Shown in pieces: positions 56,649 through 64,000 of a stretch of DNA of 64,000 nt (its first letter is position 1; the number at the start of each line of letters is the position of its first letter). Source of the stretch: Bdellovibrionales bacterium (GTDB taxonomy: Bacteria; Bdellovibrionota; Bdellovibrionia; Bdellovibrionales; UBA1609); the NCBI GenBank assembly GCA_020435005.1, contig JAGRAE010000001.1, positions 609 to 64,608 on the forward strand, read 5' to 3'. The translations under genes were made by a program, and so were the position numbers. The notes beneath the pieces were generated by a model, which made no database searches, was not told where the DNA came from, and was given only the letters and a program-made list of their open reading frames with translations.

Positions 56649-56653
56649 AACTT

Positions 56654-59194
56654 CTAAACACATTTACTAGCCCCACAATCAACACAAGTAAAGCAACCCT
56701 CATCAATTCTCAAATTTGAACTATTACAATTATAACACTTAATATGCTGTACTTTTTTGATATAGCCTTTTAAAGTTCTAGCTATTGCGTTAGAAAAAGA
56801 ATGTATGGTGCCCTCACTTTTTAATAGTTGATCTACAACAAATTCAATTTCAGCACCATGTCTTAGAGCTGTTGAAATCATTCTTGTCAATGCCTCTTGT
56901 TCGTCCGTCTCAAAAAACTTTCTAATGTTTTTTAAAAACCAACCATCTCCAGTTTCTAAATGATATACACCTTGAGTCTCTTTTATCAGTTTTCCATGCT
57001 GCACCCTTGATGACAGGTGTAGTGAACCTTGTTTAAGAGCAAAAACCTCATAAGGCGTTTCTTCAAACAAACCCACAAGTACTATCCACTGTGTACCATT
57101 TGATTTAACTTTAAATACATCACATTTAAGTTCTTTTGGTCTTGGCGTGGCTTTAGTCTGCTGTACGCCAAGTGTGTCTTTTTCGCTTGATCTCATAAGT
57201 ACGGAAGCCATTGTCCCGTCACGATAAGTTGTGCAACCTTTTATTGTTCCTGATTTATAGATATCTAAATAAAGATCTTTAAATCTATCAAAGCTAAAGT
57301 CTTTTTTTAGATTAACTGTTTTAGAAATGGCCGAGTCAACGTACCTAGAGAATATCTTTAGCGTATTGATATGGTCATTTATTCCCAAATCATGAGCTGC
57401 GACAGCCCAGTCAGCTTGAGCGTCCCAAGTGTTGTTTTCTTTATGATATCTAACGGCCCAGTCCATTATTTGTGCCTCTTTTAATAACCCTCTGCTTTTA
57501 TCTAATTTCCATACTTCATTATTAAAAGTGGTTCTTAATAAATCATCATCTCCCTCTTTAATCCATTCCCATTTTGTTGAGACTTCTTCAAAGTGTTTAG
57601 CATCCCAATCGATATTTTTGGGAACATTTAGTCCAATAGGGGCAAATGGCTGCATAGCTGTTCTTACATATTCGGGAGAAAATACGGGCTCTATTCCCCC
57701 TGACACATTATTTGCTAAAACTGAGCTGTTTCCAGTCGGTTGAATTGATAACAGGTGACTGTTACGAATGCCATTAGCTAAAATTTGCTCTCTGACATTT
57801 TCATCTAACTTCTTAATAAAATTTGCATCTAAATATTTTTTAGCATCAAATAAGGGAAACGGCCCCTTTTCCTTAGCAATAGATGCTGATGATTTATAGG
57901 TCTCATTCATTATAAAATTTGCTAGTTCTTCTGTTATTTTCAGGGCATCCTCTGAGCCATATCTTATTTTCATCATCATAAGTGCAGAAGCATATCCCAT
58001 AATACCAAGGCCAATTCTTCGTTTTGTCTTTAAACTCTCTTGGTTTTCAGGAAGAGGTACCGATGTAATATCATTTACATTATCTAAAAATCTTACAGCA
58101 ATAGGGATGTACTTTTTAAGTTTGGTGTAGTCCCATTTTTTTTTATCTTTATCAATAAACTGGGTCAAATTAAAGGAACCAAGCAAACAAACACCTCCAA
58201 CAGGTAAAACTTGTTCCCCACAAGGGTTTGTTGCTTGAATATACTCTTCGTAGTAAAGATTGTTCCAATAATTAATTGTATCGACAAACAAAACTCCTGG
58301 TTCATTTCGATTATAAGTGGAGAGCATAATTAAATCCCAAAGTTCACTCGCCTTTTTAAAAGTTTTATAAACCTTTGTAGGGTATCCTAAGTTTCGCCAA
58401 TTATTAAGATTTCCGTCCCAATGCTCTTTATACATTTCTGGTTCTGCTTCAAAATCAGGAAACTCAAGCTTCCATTCATCATTTTGTTCTAATGCCTCCA
58501 TAAAATTTTTCGTTACCAAGACTGACATATTAAACTTTGTCAGACGTCCTGGTTGTTGTTTAGCAGTTATAAATTCTTCTATATCAGGATGCCAAATAGA
58601 CATAGTCACCATTTGTGCACCTTTTCTTATTTTGTTTTTTCCCTTTTTGTTTATCTTCCTTTCACCACTACCAGCCGTAATAACAGAACTCTGTGTGTCC
58701 CACATTTCCAGTAATTTGACTGCACCAGGAGAATCCCCACCAATACCTGAAATATAGGCTCCCCTAGGTCTCATTACATTTGCACAGAAGCCATATCCCC
58801 CTTCTGATTTAAGTATAAGAGCCTGTCTTTTCAGCTCATCCATAATGCTCTCCATGGAGTCCTGATTCTTTCCTCGAAATCCACTAACAAAACAATTGAT
58901 GTAAGTAGTTCCTTTTAAATCAGTTCCTGCATTAGAAGTAATTCTGCCCCCTGGAACAAACTTGAAGTCTTCTAATAAATCTAGAAATTGACTCTCCCAA
59001 TATTTTTTTATTTCTTTTGATTCCACCGATGCTAGATTCTTTGCTATCTTAAAATGACGTTCATTAATATCTTTTTCATTTGCAAACTTATAGGTCTGAT
59101 TAAAAACTTCTTCAGAAAAACTATTATAAAATTTGGTCTTATTTTTTCTGGGATTTGCAGTTGTGTTGAACTCACTAGTTGTATCAAAAGCCAT
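56654..59194 (-). CDS. nrdJ: Class II (adenosylcobalamin-dependent) ribonucleoside-di/triphosphate reductase
   Basis: ATNPCGEQVLPVGGVCLLGSFNL (active-site Cys/Glu region), a SIQPTGNSS-type motif, and a C-terminal zinc-ribbon tail CYNC...CFTCVDCGASKC. I place the start at the ATG at 59194, with AAGGAG 7 nt upstream. Confidence 0.9.
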   Translation of the reverse strand: MAFDTTSEFNTTANPRKNKTKFYNSFSEEVFNQTYKFANEKDINERHFKIAKNLASVESKEIKKYWESQFLDLLEDFKFVPGGRITSNAGTDLKGTTYINCFVSGFRGKNQDSMESIMDELKRQALILKSEGGYGFCANVMRPRGAYISGIGGDSPGAVKLLEMWDTQSSVITAGSGERKINKKGKNKIRKGAQMVTMSIWHPDIEEFITAKQQPGRLTKFNMSVLVTKNFMEALEQNDEWKLEFPDFEAEPEMYKEHWDGNLNNWRNLGYPTKVYKTFKKASELWDLIMLSTYNRNEPGVLFVDTINYWNNLYYEEYIQATNPCGEQVLPVGGVCLLGSFNLTQFIDKDKKKWDYTKLKKYIPIAVRFLDNVNDITSVPLPENQESLKTKRRIGLGIMGYASALMMMKIRYGSEDALKITEELANFIMNETYKSSASIAKEKGPFPLFDAKKYLDANFIKKLDENVREQILANGIRNSHLLSIQPTGNSSVLANNVSGGIEPVFSPEYVRTAMQPFAPIGLNVPKNIDWDAKHFEEVSTKWEWIKEGDDDLLRTTFNNEVWKLDKSRGLLKEAQIMDWAVRYHKENNTWDAQADWAVAAHDLGINDHINTLKIFSRYVDSAISKTVNLKKDFSFDRFKDLYLDIYKSGTIKGCTTYRDGTMASVLMRSSEKDTLGVQQTKATPRPKELKCDVFKVKSNGTQWIVLVGLFEETPYEVFALKQGSLHLSSRVQHGKLIKETQGVYHLETGDGWFLKNIRKFFETDEQEALTRMISTALRHGAEIEFVVDQLLKSEGTIHSFSNAIARTLKGYIKKVQHIKCYNCNSSNLRIDEGCFTCVDCGASKCV

Positions 59195-59227
59195 TTTTTT
59201 CTCCTTGCTGATTATCAACTATAGTGG

Positions 59228-59277
59228 ATGTGAGAAGACTAAAATATGATCTATGTCATATTTTAGTCTTCTCACAT
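59228..59277. repeat. Perfect 22-bp inverted repeat with a 6-nt loop in the nrdJ / lipoprotein divergent intergenic region
   Basis: ATGTGAGAAGACTAAAATATGA (59228-59249), loop TCTATG, then TCATATTTTAGTCTTCTCACAT (59256-59277). It lies 34 nt upstream of the nrdJ start codon. Confidence 0.9.
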
Positions 59278-59424
59278 TCATCTCAAAATGAGAATTTATG
59301 TTTATCACTTACTCAATGTCTATTACTGATACACGATTGATCGAAAAAAACTTAATGTTTTCAATAAATTACTGATTGCAATCACGGCACAACAATTGCT
59401 CATACTATATTCTAGGTGTGGAAT

Positions 59425-60522
59425 ATGAAAATTTATAAATTATTACTTATCTGCTTTTCTTTTTTAATTATTGCATGTGCAGAGGTCGACTTCGACAGCG
59501 GTGGAGGACCACAGTTAACTTGTGTAAATTGTAATGATGGCTCTGAATTAGGTTTTATTGATGGATTAAGTTTAATTCGACACACTGTTAAACTTACTCA
59601 AACACAAACAAAAGTTAAATCTGATATCTTATTTGTAATAGATAATTCTGGCTCTATGTCCACAGAACACAAAAATTTAACTGCTCGCTTTTCAACATTT
59701 ATTAGTAGCATAAAAGATTTAAATTGGCGTGTTTGCATAACAACAACAGATTTTTTAAACGATGATGGCAAACTCTATCATTTTTCAGATGGTAACACAT
59801 GGTTAGATGCGGGTGACAACCAAGCCAATGAAAAATTCTTAGAAGTGATCCAAACTATTTCCAATCAAGATAAAAATGGTCGAGGTGATGAAAGAGGAAT
59901 TTACAGCATCAATCGTGTATTAGAAAGAAAGCAGAGCTGTTTAAGAGACGATGCCACTTTAACTACTATTGTTCTATCAGATGAGAATGAAGGCAGTGAT
60001 GGTACGGGATCAAAGGGCAATCCCATGGTTGAGAAAGACGAGCCAGAATCAATAATTAACAATATAAAATCAAATTATCCACAAAAATTAGCAAAGTATT
60101 CTCACCACTCATTGGTGATTAAGTCAGGTGATGAGAATTGTAAGAAGGAACAAGCCAGTCAAACTTTTAATAATAATAAGGTACCGGCATATTATGGGAC
60201 TTTTTATGAAGAATTAAGTCAACTAAGCGGTGGCACTGTAGGCACAGTATGTTCTAACGATTATGGTGCTCAACTTAAAATTATTGGTGCAGTTATTAGA
60301 GCTAATACCATTGGTAAAGTTCAGTTACTGTGCAGTCCCTTAACAAAAAACAAAGAGCCTATAACTAATGCTAGTCACTTGATTTACAATGCAGAAATCC
60401 GCCCCATTATTAAATCATTAATGGTGTCTAATGAAGCCAGTTTTCAAATTAGTGATCCTAACACTGATTATGCAGAACTTGATATCGTTTACTACTGCCT
60501 AGATGAGCCTTCCACTGAGTAA
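59425..60522 (+). CDS. Predicted lipoprotein with a von Willebrand factor A domain
   Basis: MKIYKLLLICFSFLIIAC lipobox. MIDAS motif ILFVIDNSGSMS, and later TTIVLSDENEG. ATG at 59425 with AGGTG upstream; the track ORF starts at a GTG at 59416. Confidence 0.7.
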   Translation: MKIYKLLLICFSFLIIACAEVDFDSGGGPQLTCVNCNDGSELGFIDGLSLIRHTVKLTQTQTKVKSDILFVIDNSGSMSTEHKNLTARFSTFISSIKDLNWRVCITTTDFLNDDGKLYHFSDGNTWLDAGDNQANEKFLEVIQTISNQDKNGRGDERGIYSINRVLERKQSCLRDDATLTTIVLSDENEGSDGTGSKGNPMVEKDEPESIINNIKSNYPQKLAKYSHHSLVIKSGDENCKKEQASQTFNNNKVPAYYGTFYEELSQLSGGTVGTVCSNDYGAQLKIIGAVIRANTIGKVQLLCSPLTKNKEPITNASHLIYNAEIRPIIKSLMVSNEASFQISDPNTDYAELDIVYYCLDEPSTE

Positions 60523-60627
60523 AGACGCAGCAAGACATCCTCTATAAAACTTGTCCAATGTTCATCTCATAGGTATTCTCGCCAATTATAAAACTGTTTC
60601 TAAACAGCTTTCTTTATCGAGGATTCT

Positions 60628-62013
60628 ATGAATCGTTTAATAACAAAAGATCCCTATACACAAAAAGTAACAGGCGAGTTTATCTATGATAACTTTGACA
60701 GCGTTTCACAAAAAGTCCAAAAATTAAAAAACCTGCAAAAGGACTGGACTCGTTTAAGCCCTCATCAGCGCTTAGAATATGTTAAATCTGCATTAAGTTA
60801 TTTTGAAGAAAACAGACAACAGATTGCAAAAGATATTTGCGAACAAATGGGTCGTCCCTTACATCAGGCAACGGGTGAAGTTAATGGACTATTAGAAAGA
60901 GCCAATTGGATGTGTCATATTGCTCTTGACTCCTTAGCGCCTGATAAACTCACTGACAAAGAGGGTTTTGTACGTGAAATTCACCACGTACCTTATGGCT
61001 TAATATTTGTTATCGCTGCATGGAACTATCCATTATTAATTACTATAAACTCTATTATACCTGCACTTATTTCTGGAAATGTAATTCTTCTTAAACACTC
61101 TAACATGACTCCTAAACTAGGTGAACACTTTCAAAAGGCATTTGGAAAACTAGGCGATTTCAAAAACCTTGTGCAAAATTTAGTAAGTGACCATAGTTTA
61201 ACTGGAGAAATTATTGAAAGCTTGCCTATTGATCATGTGATTTTTACGGGATCGGTTAAAGGGGGACATGAAATTTTAAAATATTGTCAAAAAAGATTTA
61301 TAACTCCCTTACTCGAGCTTGGCGGCAAAGATGCTGGATATGTACATAAAGATGCAAATCTTTTACTTGCAGCGGAAACTCTTGTAGATGGAGCCATGTT
61401 TAATACCGGGCAATCATGTTGTGGCATAGAAAGAGTTTATGTGCATGAAGCTGTAGCTGATGAATTTATTAAAAGGGCCGAAGAGATCATAGAAAATTAT
61501 AAATTAGGTGACCCTAAAAATGAGTCCACCAACATGGGGCCTGTTGCTAAAGTATCAGGTGTTGATGAGATGAACACACAAGTTAAAGAAGCCCAAGATT
61601 TAGGAGCTCAAGTACTTTGCGGTGGAAAATCTGAAAAAATAGATCAAGCTGTTTTTTTTCAACCTACACTTATTATAAAAACAAACAATCAAATGAGAAT
61701 TATGCAGGAAGAAAACTTTGGCCCTATTCTTCCTATCATGAAAGTCAAAAATATAGATGAGGCTATAGCTCTCATAAATGATAATGACTACGGCCTAACA
61801 GCCTCCATTTTTACATCAGATGAACATACAGCTGATTTTTTCTTTGAAAACGTTGATGCTGGCACTATTTTTATGAATAGATGTGATTATCTTGATCCAG
61901 CTTTGCCGTGGACTGGCTATAAAAATAGTGGCGCTGGTGGATCATCATTATCTAAATATGGTTTTTATGGTGTTACAAAAAGAAAAGCAAAACATTTTAA
62001 GGTGAAATTATGA
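60628..62013 (+). CDS. NAD(P)-dependent aldehyde dehydrogenase
   Basis: ALDH family motifs: FTGSVKGG, LELGGKDA (catalytic Glu), NTGQSCCGIERVYV (catalytic Cys), EENFGP. Confidence 0.9.
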   Translation: MNRLITKDPYTQKVTGEFIYDNFDSVSQKVQKLKNLQKDWTRLSPHQRLEYVKSALSYFEENRQQIAKDICEQMGRPLHQATGEVNGLLERANWMCHIALDSLAPDKLTDKEGFVREIHHVPYGLIFVIAAWNYPLLITINSIIPALISGNVILLKHSNMTPKLGEHFQKAFGKLGDFKNLVQNLVSDHSLTGEIIESLPIDHVIFTGSVKGGHEILKYCQKRFITPLLELGGKDAGYVHKDANLLLAAETLVDGAMFNTGQSCCGIERVYVHEAVADEFIKRAEEIIENYKLGDPKNESTNMGPVAKVSGVDEMNTQVKEAQDLGAQVLCGGKSEKIDQAVFFQPTLIIKTNNQMRIMQEENFGPILPIMKVKNIDEAIALINDNDYGLTASIFTSDEHTADFFFENVDAGTIFMNRCDYLDPALPWTGYKNSGAGGSSLSKYGFYGVTKRKAKHFKVKL

Positions 62014-63389
62014 ACCAAAGTGATGCAAATAGATTGGAAGAGTACCGAAAAAAAGGTGTTAAAAGAATTAAATTAGCAATTACTGATATGGATGGTGTTT
62101 TGAGAGGTAAATATGTATCCCTAGATAAATTTGAAACACTCATTAAAAATTTTGGTGGATTCTGTGACAATGTATTTGGGTGGGATGTAGAAGATTTACT
62201 ATATAATAACGGAACAACATTTACCGGCTGGCATACCGCTTTTCCAGATGCAAAATACCGTATTGATGCCAATACAGAACGATGGCTGCCAGATGAAAAT
62301 CTACCCTTTTTTCTCGCTGATTTTTTTAATCAAGATAAACAACTCAATGACCATCCCGTTTGTCCACGCACTACTTTTAAAAGAGTATTAACACAATTAG
62401 ATAGGATGGGATTTACGGCTAACCTAGCTTTTGAGTATGAGTTTTTCTTGTTTAATGAAACCCCACAATCCGTTCGCGAAAAAAATTACCAAAATCTAGA
62501 ACCATTAACACCTGGTATGTTTGGCTACTCAATCATTCGTAATTCAACATATTCAGATTTATTCAACGAATTTATGGATTATTGTTTAGATATGGACATT
62601 CCACTAGAGGGTCTACATTGCGAAACCGGACCAGGAGTTTGGGAGGCGGCTATCGAATACGATGAAGCTTTAAAGGCTGTAGACAGAGCCTCTCTCTTTA
62701 AAACTTTTTCTAAAGTATTTTTTCAAAAACGTGGAATTTTAGCCACTTTTATGGCTCGCTGGAATTTAACACTACCAGGACAATCGGGGCATATTCACCA
62801 ATCGCTAATTGATAAAAAAACAGGTAGAAATATCTTTTATAGCGATAGTGACCCTTATTGTATGAGTGAAACAATGAAGAGCTATGTTGCTGGACAAGTA
62901 AAGTATTTAAAACCTTTTTTAGCTCTTGCTGCACCGACAATTAATTCCTATACGAGATTAGTAAAGGGATTTTGGGCCCCCACTGCCTCTACTTGGGGGG
63001 TTGAAAATAGAACAACAGCACTAAGAGTTATTCCCGGTTCTGAAAAATCACAGCGAGTAGAATTTCGCTTGGGAGCAGCTGATGCCAATCCCTATTTAGC
63101 TGCTACGGCGGTGTTAGCCGCCGGCATGTTGGGCATTCAAGAAAATTTGAAACTTGATGAACCCATAAAAGGCAGCGCTTATGAAGTTCAAGACCAACTT
63201 CCAAAAGAATTACAGCTCCCAACTAGTTTAAGAGATTCTATTGTAAATTTAGAAAACTCTAAAGAAGCTCCACAAGTCTTTGGTAAAGAATTTGTTGAGC
63301 ATTTTATTTCTACACGTAAATGGGAAGTTTCTGAATACGACAAAGCTATTACGGATTGGCAATTAAAAAGATATTTTGAAATTATTTAA
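62010..63389 (+). CDS. Glutamine synthetase family protein (gamma-glutamyl-amine synthetase type, PuuA/GlnA-like)
   Basis: GS catalytic-domain motifs: FEYEFFLF, HCETGPGVWEAAIEY, GQSGHIHQSL, NSYTRLV, ENRTTALRV, RVEFRLGAADANPYL. 4-nt overlap with the ALDH gene. Confidence 0.85.
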   Translation: MNQSDANRLEEYRKKGVKRIKLAITDMDGVLRGKYVSLDKFETLIKNFGGFCDNVFGWDVEDLLYNNGTTFTGWHTAFPDAKYRIDANTERWLPDENLPFFLADFFNQDKQLNDHPVCPRTTFKRVLTQLDRMGFTANLAFEYEFFLFNETPQSVREKNYQNLEPLTPGMFGYSIIRNSTYSDLFNEFMDYCLDMDIPLEGLHCETGPGVWEAAIEYDEALKAVDRASLFKTFSKVFFQKRGILATFMARWNLTLPGQSGHIHQSLIDKKTGRNIFYSDSDPYCMSETMKSYVAGQVKYLKPFLALAAPTINSYTRLVKGFWAPTASTWGVENRTTALRVIPGSEKSQRVEFRLGAADANPYLAATAVLAAGMLGIQENLKLDEPIKGSAYEVQDQLPKELQLPTSLRDSIVNLENSKEAPQVFGKEFVEHFISTRKWEVSEYDKAITDWQLKRYFEII

Positions 63390-63400
63390 GGTGAAAAATT

Positions 63401-64000
63401 ATGATAAAACAATACAACTTTCCTACAACAATACTTTTTGGTCGTGGAGCTGTTGAAGAAGCCGCTCAACGAATATACAACATGAAATTTCGCAAACCAC
63501 TATTAGTGGCTGATCAAGGTTTAGTAGATTTAGGAATTGTAGATAAAATCTCAAAAACACTCCATCAAGCAAATCTAGAGCCAGTAATATTCACCGAAGT
63601 CCATCCAAATCCAATAGAAGATGACGTCCTAAAGGGTGCTAGTTATTATTTAGATAAAAAATGTGACTGTGTAATTGCGCTCGGCGGAGGGAGTCCCATG
63701 GATGCCGCAAAAGGTATTATGATTGCTACAACTCATGAAGGTCCTTTAGCACAGTATGATGATGCCATAGGCGGCGATAAGCTATTAGTAAATCCAATGC
63801 CTAAATTATTTGCCATTCCCACAACAGCTGGAACAGGTAGTGAAGTCGGCCGTTGTGGCGTTATCACTTTGAAAGAAACGAATAATAAAACTATTTTTTT
63901 TCACCCTACACTGTTACCTACAATTGCTATTCTTGAACCTGAATTGACTTTGGGATTGCCTAAATCTTTAACGGTAGCAACTGGTATTGATGCTTTTACT
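63401..64000 (+). CDS. Iron-containing (group III) alcohol dehydrogenase (N-terminal 200 aa; runs off the right edge of the window)
   Basis: My own translation from the ATG at 63401: MIKQYNFPTTILFGRGAVEEAAQ...ALGGGSPMDAAKGI...PTTAGTGSEVGR. These are the typical Fe-ADH nucleotide-binding motifs. Confidence 0.85.
   Translation, partial: MIKQYNFPTTILFGRGAVEEAAQRIYNMKFRKPLLVADQGLVDLGIVDKISKTLHQANLEPVIFTEVHPNPIEDDVLKGASYYLDKKCDCVIALGGGSPMDAAKGIMIATTHEGPLAQYDDAIGGDKLLVNPMPKLFAIPTTAGTGSEVGRCGVITLKETNNKTIFFHPTLLPTIAILEPELTLGLPKSLTVATGIDAFT

Noticed and set aside
59195-59415. A cobalamin riboswitch or tandem NrdR boxes upstream of the B12-dependent nrdJ.
   Set aside because: I looked for a B12-box-like GCCACTG core and for 16-bp NrdR-type palindromes of the acaCwAtATaTwgtgt kind on both strands and found neither. 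Only the 22-bp palindrome, reported separately, stands out. A covariance-model scan (Rfam RF00174) would be decisive.
60594-60615. A short hairpin CTGTTT..AAACAG followed by TTTCTTT after the VWA lipoprotein gene as a Rho-independent terminator.
   Set aside because: The stem is at most 4-6 AT-rich base pairs once a sterically feasible loop is allowed, which is too weak to call.

Overview
This is a densely coding window of about 58 CDS from a low-GC Gram-negative chromosome. GC looks like the mid-30s % by eye; I did not compute it. I found no rRNA, tRNA, CRISPR array, transposase or integrase.

**Lineage guess (low confidence).** Lipoprotein signals of the type ...FQNC / ...IIAC / ...NISC, many pilin-like proteins and the general gene content are compatible with a Bdellovibrionota/Oligoflexia-like organism.

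**Housekeeping content.**
- Core metabolism and translation: rlmN, gdhA, pyrD, a NUDIX hydrolase, ihfB-like, epmA, gcvP, mltA.
- Transport and cell surface: an osmoprotectant-type ABC transporter and glycosyltransferases.
- Methionine salvage: mtnP, mtnA and a mtnB-like gene.
- RNA-modification-type enzymes: an Rsm22-like methyltransferase, a TIGR01212-type radical SAM protein and a MnmD-like protein.
- A MoxR / DUF58 / transglutaminase operon.
- Class II ribonucleotide reductase nrdJ.
- An aldehyde dehydrogenase / glutamine-synthetase-like / Fe-alcohol dehydrogenase operon.

**Most notable regions.**
1. 19.5-26.1 kb holds a translationally coupled operon of three oversized modular type IV pilin-like proteins. 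Each has a pilin head, a linker and a Cys-rich C-terminal module with a shared CxxxC...C[RY]YxG motif. An 827-aa lipoprotein follows, and a fourth paralogue sits at 4.8-5.7 kb. No pilus assembly genes are nearby.
2. 44.2-56.6 kb is a compact NO-generating and NO-detoxifying island: norCBQD, a CRP/FNR regulator, nirS, nnrS and a small Cys-tailed protein. Both NirS and NorC carry an extra fused c-type cytochrome domain. An identical 15-nt FNR/Dnr-like dyad precedes nirS and norC. No haem d1, nar/nap or nos genes are visible in the window.
3. A secreted astacin-family protease with six 44-aa tandem repeats sits between the methionine-salvage genes.
4. Long perfect inverted repeats lie in two divergent promoter regions (12957-13045 and 59228-59277).
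5. A T7/A7 homopolymer frameshift splits the C-terminus of the transglutaminase gene.

**Limits.** All functional calls rest on motif recognition by eye. No database search or structure prediction was run.
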